A model generated the notes under the pieces. It was not told where the DNA came from. It was given only the letters and a program-made list of their open reading frames with translations, and ran no database searches. From positions 682,001 through 746,000 of the forward strand of contig OZ024764.1 of NCBI GenBank assembly GCA_964016885.1: a DNA stretch of 64,000 nucleotides, written 5' to 3'. The stretch is from Eledone cirrhosa. Taxonomy: Eukaryota. Position numbers and translations under genes: made by a program. Each line of letters starts with the position of its first letter. The stretch's first letter is position 1. Shown piece by piece: positions 25,612-37,500 of the stretch.

Positions 25612-27215
25612 ACGAAATTGGGACTTTCACCATTTTCAGGTTAGGGAGTCCCATTGCGAAATTCGCCCCTTCGGTTTGTACCGAAGGGTTGTTGTCTATT
25701 TTTTTTGTTTATGTATGTGTAGAGTTTTTGTGTTGTTTGTTTTTGCTTGTTGTTCTTGGGTGAGCTTGCGTTTTGTTGTCTGTGTTGTGTTGTCACGTGG
25801 GGTTGTTTTTGTTTGTCTGGTGTGTGTACGTTTTTTCCTTTTGACTTTTTGGAAGGGAGCCCCCTCGTCTTTCGAGGATATGAGCTCCTCTTCCGTATTG
25901 GAGGGGAGGGGTATATTTTCAGGTTGTGTATGCACTGCGTGTGTTTTTGTATTTGTGATCTGTGGGGAGGGGTTGGGTGGGACCGTGTTTTGGGTTGTTT
26001 TCTTGAGCTGTTGTTGTTGTTGTGGTGGTGGTGTTGTTGGTTTTTGTTGTCGTTGTGGTGGTGATGGTGGTGTATTTTGTTGTTTTTGTGGTGGTGGTGG
26101 TGCTGGTTGTTTTTGTTGTTAGTAGAGGGCAGGCAGTCCTCAGGTGACCTCTGCCAGCGCAGTGGTAACATGAGGGTCTCCTGCCTTCCACTGTAATATT
26201 TATGAAGGTTCGCCCATCCAGTAGGACTCGGTCGGGTATTCCGGCGTGCTCTCAGGTGTCATCTGTAAGAGAACCTCCAGACTTTTCCCCCCGAACAGTC
26301 CACTGGTGGACTTCCCTGCTGAAATAAGGATGTCCTTTTCTAGGTCCGTGAAACCTGTCAGGAAGGACCAGATGTTTACTTCTGGCGTTGAGCTCCACAT
26401 TCTTAGTCTTTGTGTTCTTCCTTTATATGTGGGGAAGAAGGTGTATTGTGGTGACACTATAGGTGCCACCGAGCATTTTTGAGCCAGAATTTCGTCCTTC
26501 ATTCGGACCATAATGCTGGCATACAGCTTTCCTCTTTCAATAAAGAGTATGTTTTCTTTTATGTCTTTCAGCACCAGTTCAATTTGACTTTCTGTCAATT
26601 GAGCTGGCTTTCTTGTTGTGTTGGATATAGTCCTGAAGGTTATGGTATTCCTATATACCTGTTGACGAACTTCTTCTGGGGAGTTGATTGTAAAAGAACC
26701 ATCCTCCCCAAAAGATACGTATTTTCTGGCATTTAGCAAGTTCTGCTTAGCGTTTGTAATGTCTATGGGCTTGTATTCAATAGCTTTCCTGACCGTTTGG
26801 GCAAAAGAAATTTTGTTGTCTTTGTTGCTTGTTGTTGCAATGTTGTTGGTTTCATCTTTTGTGGTGTTTATTTTCTTATTTTTTTCTTCAAAATTTGTTT
26901 TCACTCGAATTAATATTCTTTTTTTATTCGAGAGGGGCTGTTCAACAGTTTGAATTGTTGTTCCCTCTTTCTCGCTTTTTTTGGTAGGCGTGGCGTTAGC
27001 TTCCAATATGGCTTCATCGTTTTCAACGATATCGATGAACATTTTGAATTAAATATTTTTCACCCCAAAAGGGGTGAAAATATATTTAGCCTACGTCTAC
27101 GGTCCCAGACTAGGGGTTAGAGTCAATAATAAAAAACAATTCAAATAATGCACTCACAAATATTCCAGGTAAAAATTCCAAATCGAAAAGCCGATATGAA
27201 AGACGTCTACTATCC
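25612..27215 (-). mobile_element. Tx1 complete 5' UTR + ORF1 (family with CYHCAGRGHLRTAC knuckle)
   Basis: ORF 26200-27042 plus a frameshifted continuation with a CCHC knuckle and Thr-rich linker. 5' UTR hairpins at 27057-27120. The 5' end is followed by cagacagac. Confidence 0.9.
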
Positions 27216-27224
27216 TCAGACAGA

Positions 27225-27772
27225 CTTGTGCCGCAATGCCAGATGAGGTGCAAGCAGTCACCTTGTAACCCTCACTGGCAACCTTTTCTACTATCGCATT
27301 GCCAGTTCCCTCGGGTGCGTCCACGAAAAAGTTTTTTCCCGAATTCTGCCTCACCGATTCCAATACGGAGTCATAGTGCGCCCACTGATCAGCATTCAGG
27401 GAGTTTTCAACCTCGAAAATGGACTCCGAGCTTGCTGTGCTCTCATAAGAAATCCCAATGTTCTGATTCTCGGGCACTCCAACCTCCTCGATTTGCTGGG
27501 GAAGGTTGCAAGTATCCATTTTGTGCCATAATTTAGCAGGTAAGCGTAAACCTGGTGCCATGCCCTATTGTGTATGATATCCACATCAGCAGTGGGGTCT
27601 GCTCGGGCTAAATCATGTGACATCCAGTCTTTGTGGTCATTCCACAGTGACAGGGCGTCAGTCGGCTTCCAATAATGGATAAGCATTGCGAACATCCTCC
27701 GCATCATGCGGGGCCTCATCGAAATCTGAGCATCATGCAATACTAAACTGATTTCGTTGTCCTCCGTGAAAT
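27225..27772 (-). mobile_element. Helitron RepHel fragment (pre-helicase region to damaged Walker A); repeated at 34854-35393 and 43201-43558
   Basis: PRMMRRMFAMLIHYWKPTDALSLWNDHKDWMSHDL; SLNADQWAHYDSVL...FFVDAPEGTG...ACTSSGIAA. Confidence 0.9.
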
Positions 27773-29410
27773 TTATTTTCAATGTTTTATAAAAGTTCAT
27801 TGGGACTTTAATCATTATTAAATGAGGTAGTCCCACAGCAGTTATAAAGTTCGGCCCTTCAGTTTGGACCGGAGGGTTTGATGATTCAGTAGTTCTTTGT
27901 TGTCTGTGTTCATGTATGTATATTGTAAAGTCTTTTTTTGTGTAGCAGTTAGTGTTGTGTGACGGGGAGGGGTGGTTTGTGTGTAGCTTATGTTCTCTTG
28001 GGCAGGGTTAAAGTTAACAAGTGCGTCTGTGGTGCGTCTCCTCTTTCTTTTTACTGTTTGGAAGGGATCTTTTTCGTCTTGCGACGAAAGGGGTTCGTCT
28101 TCCTTGTTGGGTGGGAGGGGTATGTTTTCTGGTAGTGTTTGCGGTGTGTGTTTTTGTATTTGTTTTCGGTGGGACAGTATTCTGTGTTGTTTGTTGTTGT
28201 GGTTGTTGTTGTGTTGGTGGTGTTGGTGGTGTTGTTGGTTTTTGTTGTTGTTGGGGTGGTGTGAGTGTTGGTAGCAGTGTTTTTTTCTGTGTGAGCTGGG
28301 GACAGGCAGCCCTCGGGTGACCTATTGCCACAGAGGTAACAGGAGGGACGCGTACCCTCCACAATAATGTTGAGGTGGGTACGGTCATCCAGCATGACGC
28401 GCTCAGGGATTTGTGCGATACGTTCTGGCCTTATTTGTGTCAGAACTTCGATACTCATTCGACTGAACGTGTTGCCGGATGCCTTCCCTATTGAAATGAG
28501 GTTGTCCTCGTCTAAATTGAGGAAACCGGTTAGTAACCACCAGTAGTTTGTTTGGGGTGATGGTGGTTATCCATATTCTCTGGGTTTTTTTACCCATGTA
28601 GGTGGGGAAGAAGGTGTAGTGTGTGGAACGAATTGGCGACACAGAATTTTTTCGGCGCCAATTCGTCTTTCATCAATATGGATAAACTCCCATAGAGTTT
28701 ATCCTTTTGTATAAAAGTGATGTCTCTCATCGCGTCTTTCAGTACTAACTGAATTTCAGCTTGAGATGGTTGTGCTGGTTTTTTTTGTCTTACTTGAAAT
28801 TGTACGGAATACGACAGTTCGTAATTCCGTCTGTTTTTTTAGTTCTGGAGGCGAATTTATAGAAAAAGAACCATTTTCGCCAAAAGATACATAATTTTTG
28901 GCTTTTGAAATATCTTCAAGCACATATGTGACTGATAATTTAGCCGTTTGTGCAAAAGATATTTTGTTTTCGTTGTTGGTGTTTGTATTGTTTTGTTTCT
29001 CGTCGTTTGAGTTATTTTCATTTTTGTTGTTGTTGTCTTTCTCGTTTGGTGTGTGGATACTGGAGACGTTTGTGACGTCAGGCGTGTTCAGTTGTTTGCC
29101 AGCAGCTAGATGTTGAGGCGATGAAGTTGGCTTTTCTTTGTTCATGTCTGCTACTACCTACTGGTCAAGTGGGCATGGCTTTCCCTTCCCATCTTCTTGT
29201 TTTGGCAAAGAAGTAGGTGCTTCGGCCATAAAAAATGTGGTTTTGCAAAAAAAAATTTTTTTTTTTGAAGATGTTTTGGATGTTTTTGCCCTGAGGGGCA
29301 CTATATTTTGGAGGACTGACCAGATCAAAATTTGACCTGTCAGTCCCTCTACAATTTGGTATAAAATTAAAAGTTCACAATGATGAATTTCTAAGGAAAT
29401 TTAAACAAAA
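27773..29410 (-). mobile_element. Tx1 ORF1 + 5' UTR (family with CYLCGNRGHPRAAC knuckle); duplicate at ~35394-37065
   Basis: ISFAQTAK...YVSFGENGSFSINSP..., FFPTYMGKKTQRI, IIVEGTRPSCYLC, Gln/Thr-rich linker. Confidence 0.9.
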
Positions 29411-29411
29411 C

Positions 29412-30553
29412 TTGTTAATAGAGGGCAAGCCGTCCTCAGGTGACTTCTGCCAGCGCAGTGGTAACATGAGGGTCTCTTGCCTTCCACCGTAATATTGATA
29501 AAGGTTCGCCCATCCAGTAGGACTCGGTCGGGTATTCCGGCGATTCTCTCAGGTGTCATCTGTAAGAGAACCTCCAGACTTTTCCCCCCGAACAGTCCAC
29601 TGGTGGACTCCCCTGCTGATATAAGGATGTCCTTTTCTAGGTCCGTAAATCCTGTCAGGACGCACCAGATGTTTACTTCTGGCGTTGAGCTCCACATTCT
29701 TAGTCTCTGAGTTCTTCTTCCTTTATACGTGGGGAAGAAGGTGTATTGTGGTGACATTATAGGTGCCACCGAGCATTTTTGAGCCAGCATTTCGTCCTTC
29801 ATTCGGACCATAATGCTGGCATACAGCTTTCCTCTTTCAATAAAGAGTATGTTTTCTTTTATGTCTTTCAGAACCAGCTCAATTTGACTTTCTGTCAAAT
29901 GAGCTGGCTTTCTTGTTGTGTTGGATATAGTCCTGAAGGTTATGGTATTCCTATATACCTGTTGATGAACTTCTTCTGGGGAGTTGATTGTAAAAGAACC
30001 ATCCTCCCCAAAAGATACGTATTTTCTGGCATTTAGCAATTCTGCTTAGCGTTTGTAATGTCTATGGGCTTGTATTCGATAGCTTTCCTGACCGTTTGGG
30101 CAAAAGAAACTTTGCTGTCTTTGTTGCTTTCGCTTCGTTCATTGTTGCTTTCGCTTCGTTCATTGTTGCTTGTTGTTGGTTTCATCTTTTGTGGTGTTTA
30201 TTTTCTTGTTATATTTTTCTTCAAAATTTAGGTTTTCACTCGAATTAAGTCTTTTTTCCATTCGAGAGGAGGCGTTGTTCAACAGTTTGAATTGTTCCCT
30301 CTTTCTCGCTTTTTTTGGTAGGTGTGGCGTTAGCTTGCAATATGGCTTCCTCGTTTTCAACGATATCGATAAACATTTTGAATTAAATATTTTTTCGCCC
30401 CAAAAGGGGGCGACAATATATTTACCCTACGTCTATAGTCCCAGACGAGGGGTTAGAGTCAACAATAGTAAAACAATTTAAATATTACACTCTCAAATAA
30501 CCAAGTAATGATTCAAAATCGAAGAGCCGATATGTAAGACGTCTACTATCAAA
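29412..30553 (-). mobile_element. Tx1 5' UTR + ORF1 to zinc knuckle; duplicate at ~37067-38211
   Basis: ORF 29401-30039 ending ...PSCYHCAGRSHLRTACP. The 5' end abuts the gacagacaggcagaaagttagata microsatellite. Confidence 0.9.
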
Positions 30554-30576
30554 GACAGACAGGCAGAAAGTTAGAT

Positions 30577-32712
30577 ATATTTCTTTATTTACCATAAAGG
30601 TATAAAAAGAAGGGACAAATACAAAGAGGGAGTTTACATAAAACCGAGTAAAAAGGGTATAAAATGAAAATAATCAAAAACAACCTCAAAAGGGAGGGGT
30701 CGTGATGGGGGTTGCCCCCCCCCCCCCCCCCCCCCCGCAAAAGTGTGCAATCCTTTGCCCGGGGAGCACATAGAGAAGGTGCTCCCCTCTCCTTCACTTT
30801 TTTACCTACAGGATGGTATACAGAGAAGGCCCATTTACACGAACCATTCTCGCCACTATCACCCACCTTTCATAAAACTGCCTGTGGCCAAGCACCTCTC
30901 TCTCCATTCTTATCCTTCTTCCGAAGTGATATCGGAAGAAGCAGACAAGACTATGGCCAGAGAGGAAGTTGCCTGACCTCAGACCTTTCAATCGTGTCCA
31001 CCAAACAACCTCTTTCAACATGGCTATTACGCACAGAAAAACCGCCTTTGCTTCCTTTGTGAAGAGGGGAGGCGGCTTGATTGTTATCACGGACTCGGCG
31101 GTCAATCGAATCGGCGCCACCCGCGATAGCAGTCGTTCGGCGTAGCCCCACAGATCAGCCACGCCCGGACAGTGCACCAATGCCTGCGCAACGGTTTCTT
31201 CGTGACGCACGCATCTAGGGCAAATCTTTTTCGAGGGATCCCTGCCTGGGCGCCCGTGTCTGTAGAGCTTTTCTCGAACGGGTAGAGCCCCCCCGATAGC
31301 ACTGCCAGGCCAGTGACTTCTGGAAGTTGTCCATTGGTCCCGGGCCGAAAGTCCTACCGAACAGGCTGGCCAGTTCGTCCTTTTCCATGTCCAGCGACTC
31401 TCCAAGTGTGTCATCGCCCCTGCTAGCCACCAGCCCTCTATAGAATGACGAGGTGGATTCTCCACCGATGGCCGGGTCCGCTTGCCAGAGAGCCCTGAGC
31501 GCCTGGGTACACTCAATGTGCTAGTCGCCCAGTTTTCCCGATCTTTGCTTGACCCAGGACTGCAGCTCGGTGAGCGAGACGAGTCTCGGAAAGGCTCGTC
31601 TCACGAACGGAGCCCACACCGGTTGACCAGTGAGGAATACCTGTAGGTGCCGTAGCCTTAATGCGTGCCTACGCATCATCAACTACGGCATCCCCAGCCC
31701 TCCTTTCGAAGGTTGTTGGCAGCAGATGGATCTTCTCACCATAGGAGAGCGCTTCTTCCAAAGAAATTGAAAGAACATGCATTCCATGGTGGTGAGTGTT
31801 TCCTTAGGGCAAGGCACGACAGTCAGACGGTAGTAGGTGACGGACTCTATGTAAATGTTCGCCACCTCCGCCCGACCTTTCAGGGACAGCTTACACTTGG
31901 CCCATTTCTGGGTCAGTGCAAACACCTTGCTCGTAACCTCGCCCCAGTTCTTTTCCACCTGGAGGTCCGGTCCAAACCAGACCCCAAGCAACTTCACCAG
32001 GCCCTCTGTCCAAGCATATTTTTTCGCCGTCGATTCGTTCTTCATAATAATGGCCAGGCTTCCATACAGCCTGTCTCTTATGAAAGTGGCTTCATTAAAT
32101 ACTTCTCTAAGTACCGCTTTAATTTCTACTTGTGTTGGTTGTTGCGGCTTTTTTGAGATGTTGATGGTGCGGAAAACGACCGTCCGACTTTCAATATCTT
32201 TGGTGAGTTCTTGGGGCATTTTCCCCTTGAGTTATGAATTGTTTGCCGTTTTTTATTCTTCGTGCCACATCTGAAATATTTTCAGTTTCAAATTATTTTT
32301 TTTCGTTGTTGGAATCCAAGTCCAGATTTATGTTTTCGTCATTTAATTTTTTCTCCGCAGATTCGTCCGTTTTTATTTTAATTTTTCCTTCCTTCTCTAT
32401 GACGTTAGTTGGGAAGGAAGGGGGGACTAAAGCGTGCGAGCTTACAACTCTTACCGCTGTCCCCCCACCACTATTTTTGTTAGCTTCATTTAACATTTCT
32501 CCCAGACGATTGAAATTTTATGCAACAAAATTTTTTTAAAAACATGTTTTTCACCCCTGGGAGGGGCGAAAATGAGCTGACCCACCGCCTGACAGTTCAG
32601 ACGGGGGGTCAAGCTACACAATAGTATCAAAATTAAAATTAAACTTACAAAATTTCCGCAATAAATTGGAACAAAACTTCTGCGCGAAGTGAATTACGTC
32701 TACGCTATCGAA
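30577..32712 (-). mobile_element. Tx1 element with both ends: 5' UTR/ORF1 N-half fused to ORF2 CTD and 3' UTR; duplicate at ~38235-40364
   Basis: ORF 31683-32219 switches from ORF1 (RTVVFRTI...RLYGSLAIIMK) to ORF2 (WTEGLVKLLGVWFG) at ~32013. CTD CPRCVRHEET. Microsatellite at both ends. Confidence 0.9.
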
Positions 32713-32747
32713 CAGACGACAGCTAGTATGATAGACAGCTAGATAGA

Positions 32748-33645
32748 TATGTTTCTTTTTATTTGCCACCAGGGCATCAAAAAGTGGGACAAGTACAATG
32801 GCTCCACATTCTTAGTCTCTGAGTTCTTCCTTTATACGTGGGGAAGAAGGTGTATTGTGGTGACACTATAGGTGCCACCGAGCATTTTTGAGCCAGCATT
32901 TCGTCCTTCATTCGGACCATAATGCTGGCATACAGCTTTCCTCTTTCAATAAAGAGTGTCTTTTATGTCTTTCAGCACCAGTTCAATTTGACTTTCTGTC
33001 AATTGAGCTGGCTTTCTTGTGTTGGATATAGTCCTGAAGGTTATGATATTCCTATATACCTGTTGACGAACTTCTTCTGGGGAGATGATTGTAAAAGAAC
33101 CATCCTCCCCAAAAGATACGTATTTTCTGGCATTTAGCAAGTTCTGCTTAGCGTTTGTAATGTCTATGGGCTTGTATTCAATAGCTTTCCTGACCGTTTG
33201 GGCAAAAGAAACTTTGCTGTCTTTGTTGCTTTCGCTTCGTTCATTGTTGCTTGTTGTTGCAATGTTGTTGGTTTCATCTTTTGTGGTGTTTATTTTCTTG
33301 TTATATTTTTCTTCAAAATTTAGGTTTTCACTCGAATTAATAGTCTTTTTTCATTCGAGAGGAGGGGCTGTTCAACAGTTTGAATTGTTGTTCCCTCTTT
33401 CTCTTGTTTGGTAGGCATGGCGTTAGCTTCCAATATGGCTTCCTCGATTTCAACGATATCGCTGAACATTTTGAATTAAATATTTTTCACCCCAAAAGGG
33501 GTGAAAATATATTTACCCTACGTCTACAGTCCCAGACTAAGGGTTAGAGTCAATAATAGAAAAACAATTTAAATAATACACTCACAAATAATCCAAGTAA
33601 AGATTCCAAATCAAAGAGCCGATGTGCAAGACGTCTACTATCAAA
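32748..33645 (-). mobile_element. Tx1 5' UTR + ORF1 N-half joined to a ~50-bp 3'-end stub; counterpart at ~40400-41993
   Basis: Same family as 26200-27215 (ORF 41290-41817). The 3' stub tttatttgccaccagggcatcaaaaagtgggacaagtac is next to GATA repeats. Confidence 0.88.
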
Positions 33646-33671
33646 GACAGACAGACAGACAGAAAGTTAGA

Positions 33672-33905
33672 TTGTCTTTCTCGTTTGGTGTGTTGGTTTT
33701 GTCATTGTCATTGTTTGTGTTGGAGTTGTAATAAATTGGGTTTGCACCCGTATTTAATTGTTTGTCTGGCATATCGCCTTTTACCAAGTCTTTTACAACG
33801 TTGGCGCGAGAAAGCAAAACGCTTTGTACCGCTTGCTTCTTTCTCTCTTCTTCCTTAGTGAGCGTGGCGTTATCATCCACACGTGCTGCAGACATGGCGT
33901 CAATT
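33672..33905 (-). mobile_element. Tx1 ORF1 N-terminal fragment of a further family; duplicate at ~42020-42253
   Basis: MSAARVDD...KQLNT...TPNEKDN shares KQLNT and TPNEKDN with ORF 28756-29145. Confidence 0.65.
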
Positions 33906-33909
33906 TTTT

Positions 33910-34542
33910 ACCATGTGAGTCATCAAAAAATTTTTGGAGTAGTTAGGGTATATCCTATCCATCAATGGGTCAGGCATGTCACCTGTCATGAGAAACTGAG
34001 GGGGAACTTCAAAGTCGTGGGTCCTCCGATTGTCCTGTCTGCGATTGGCGACACCATCCCCAATCCTCAAAAGGGGGGGCTTTAAAATCAGTGGAAGCCT
34101 GATCGACCCCGTTGACCCTCATGTTTGTATTCAACTTGAAAATGTTGAAAGTATCCCACGATGGGTGATTTTTTAAAGTAGAAGCGACAATTTGTGGTCG
34201 CTCTCCATTAGGAACAACTGGGAGAACTTGTTGCCAATCGCCGGAGAGTAGCATGGTGACACCTCCGAAGGTTTTCTTGGATGGTTCCACCCCTCCGCGG
34301 ACGAATCTTAGAGTTTTATCCAAAAACTCCATCAGGTCCCTACTGAACATGGGGGCCTCGTCCCAAATAATCAGGTCAAGTTTCGCAAGTTCCTTTGCGA
34401 GTTTTGATCCCTTCTGGATACTAATCGCTGTTTTATCTTGAGGATTCAAAGGCAACTTCATCCTTGAGTGCAAGGTTGTGCCGCCTTTAAGCAATAGTGC
34501 CGCAATGCCAGATGAAGCGCAAGCAGTCACCTTGTAACCCTC
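33910..34542 (-). mobile_element. Helitron PIF1-like helicase fragment; duplicate at ~42258-42890
   Basis: ACASSGIAALLLKGGTTLHSRMKLP, IIWDEAPM, FGGVTMLLSGDW(R/Q)QVLPV, LNTNMR, LLRIGDG. Confidence 0.95.
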
Positions 34543-37500
34543 TGTGAAATTTATTTTCAATGTTTTATAAAAGTTCATTGGGACTTTAATCATTTTTAAA
34601 TGAGGTAGTCCCACAGCAGTTATAAAGTTAGGCCCTTCAGTTTGGACCAAAGGGTTTGATGATTCAGTAGTTCTTTGTTGTCTGTGTTCATGTAAGTATA
34701 TTGTAAAGTCTTTTTTTATGTAGCAGTTAGTGTTGTGTGACGAGGTTAGAGTCAATAATAAAAAACAATTCAAATAATGCACTCACAAATATTCCAGGTA
34801 AAAATTCCAAATCGAAGAGCCGATATGAAAGACGTCTACTATCCTCAGACAGACTTGTGCCGCAATGCCAGATGAGGTGCAAGCAGTCACCTTGTAACCC
34901 TCACTGGCAACCTTTTCTACTATCGCATTGCCAGTTCCCTCGGGTGCGTCCACGAAAAAGTTTTTTCCCGAATTCTGCCTCACCGATTCCAATACGGAGT
35001 CATAGTGCGCCCACTGATCAGCATTGAGGGAGTTTTCAACCTCGAAAATGGACTCCGAGCTTGCTGTGCTCTCATAAGAAATCCCAATGTTCTGATTCTC
35101 GGGCACTCTAACCTCCTCGATTTGCTGGGGAAGGTTGCAAGTATCCATTTTGTGCCATAATTTAGCAGGTAAGCGTAAACCTGGTGCCATGCCCTATTGT
35201 GTATGATATCCACATCAGCAGTGGGGTCTGCTCGGGCTAAATCATGTGACATCCAGTCTTTGTGGTCATTCCACAGTGACAGGGCGTCAGTCGGCTTCCA
35301 ATAATGGATAAGCATTGCGAACATCCTCCGCATCATGCGGGGCCTCATCGAAATCTGAGCATCATGCAATACTAAACTGATTTCGTTGTCCTCCGTGAAA
35401 TTTATTTTCAATGTTTTATAAAAGTTCATTGGGACTTTAATCATTATTAAATGAGGTAGTCCCACAGCAGTTATAAAGTTCGGCCCTTCAGTTTGGACCG
35501 AAGGGTTTGATGATTCAGTAGTTCTTTGTTGTCTGTGTTCATGTATGTATATTGTAAAGTCTTTTTTTGTGTAGCAGTTAGTGTTGTGTGACGGGGAGGG
35601 GTGGTTTGTGTGTAGCTTATGTTCTCTTGGGCAGGGTTAAAGTTAACAAGTGCGTCTGTGGTGCGTCTCCTCTTTCTTTTTACTTTTTGGAAGGGATCTT
35701 TTTCGTCTTGCGACGAAAGGGGTTCGTCTTCCTTGTTGGGTGGGAGGGGTATGTTTTCTGGTAGTGTTTGCGGTGTGTGTGTGTTTTTGTATTTGTTTTC
35801 GGTGGGACAGTATTCTGTGTTGTTTGTTGTTGTGGTTGTTGTTGTGGTTGTTGTTGTGGTTGTTGTTGTGTTGGTGGTGTTGTTGGTTTTTGTTGTTGTT
35901 GGGGTGGTGTGAGTGTTGGTAGCAGTGTTTTTTTCTGTGTGAGCTGGGGACAGGCAGCCCTCGGGTGACCTCTATTGCCACAGAGGTAACAGGAGGGACG
36001 CGTACCCTCCACAATAATGTTGAGGTGGGTACGGTCATCCAGCATGACGCGCTCAGGGATTTGGGCGATACGTTCTGGCCTTATTTGTGTCAGAACTTCG
36101 ATACTCATTCGACTGAACGCGTCGCCGGATGCCTTCCCTATTGAAATGAGGTTGTCCTCGTCTAAATTGAGGAAACCGGTTAGTAACCACCAGTAGTTTG
36201 TTTGGGGTGATGGTGGTTATCCATATTCTCTGGGTTTTTTTACCCATGTAGGTGGGGAAGAAGGTGTAGTGTGTGGAACGTATTGGCGACACAGAATTTT
36301 TTCGGCGCCAATTCGTCTTTCATCAATATGGATAAACTCCCATAGAGTTTATCCTTTTGTATAAAAGTGATATCTCTCATCGCGTCTTTCAGTACTAACT
36401 GAATTTCAGCTTGAGATGGTTGTGCTGGTTTTTTTTGTCTTACTTGAAATTGTACGGAATACGACAGTTCGTAATTCCGTCTGTTTTTTTAGTTCTGGAG
36501 GCGAATTTATAGAAAAAGAACCATTTTCGCCAAAAGATACATAATTTTTGGCTTTTGAAATATCTTCAAGCACATATGTGACTGATAATTTAGCCGTTTG
36601 TGCAAAAGATATTTTGTTTTCGTTGTTGGTGTTTGTATTGTTTTGTTTCTCGTCGTTTGAGTTATTTTCATTTTTGTTGTTGTTGTCTTTCTCGTTTGGT
36701 GTGTGGATACTGGAGACGTTTGTGACGTCAGGCGTGTTCAGTTGTTTGCCAGCAGCTAGATGTTGAGGCGATGAAGTTGGCTTTTCTTTGTTCATGTCTG
36801 CTACTACCTACTGGTCAAGTGGGCATGGCTTTCCCTTCCCATCTTCTTGTTTTGGCAAAGAAGTAGGTGCTTCTGCCATTTTTTAAAAAATGTGGTTTTG
36901 CAAAAAAAAATTTTTTTTTTTGAAGATGTTTTGGATGTTTTTGCCCTGAGGGGCACTATATTTTGGAGGACTGACCAGATCAAAATTTGACCTGTCAGTC
37001 CCTCTACAATTTGGTATAAAATTAAAAGTTCACAATGATGAATTTCTAAGGAAATTTAAACAAAACTTGTTAATAGAGAGCAAGCCGTCCTCAGGTGACT
37101 TCTGCCAGCGCAGTGGTAACATGAGGGTCTCCTGCCTTCCACCGTAATATTGATAAAGGTTCGCCCATCCAGTAGGACTCGGTCGGGTATTCCGGCGATT
37201 CTCTCAGGTGTCATCTGTAAGAGAACCTCCAGACTTTTCCCCCCGAACAGTCCACTGGTGGACTCCCCTGCTGATATAAGGATGTCCTTTTCTAGGTCCG
37301 TAAATCCTGTCAGGACGCACCAGATGTTTACTTCTGGCGTTGAGCTCCACATTCTTAGTCTCTGAGTTCTTCTTCCTTTATACGTGGGGAAGAAGGTGTA
37401 TTGTGGTGACATTATAGGTGCCACCGAGCATTTTTGAGCCAGCATTTCGTCCTTCATTCGGACCATAATGCTGGCATACAGCTTTCCTCTTTCAATAAAG

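Noticed and set aside
25600-32020. Chimeric junctions as splice products (two breakpoints near WTEG at ~25611 and ~32013)
   Set aside because: The parental sequence shows no AG acceptor at this position on the element strand. DNA-level deletion is the simpler explanation.
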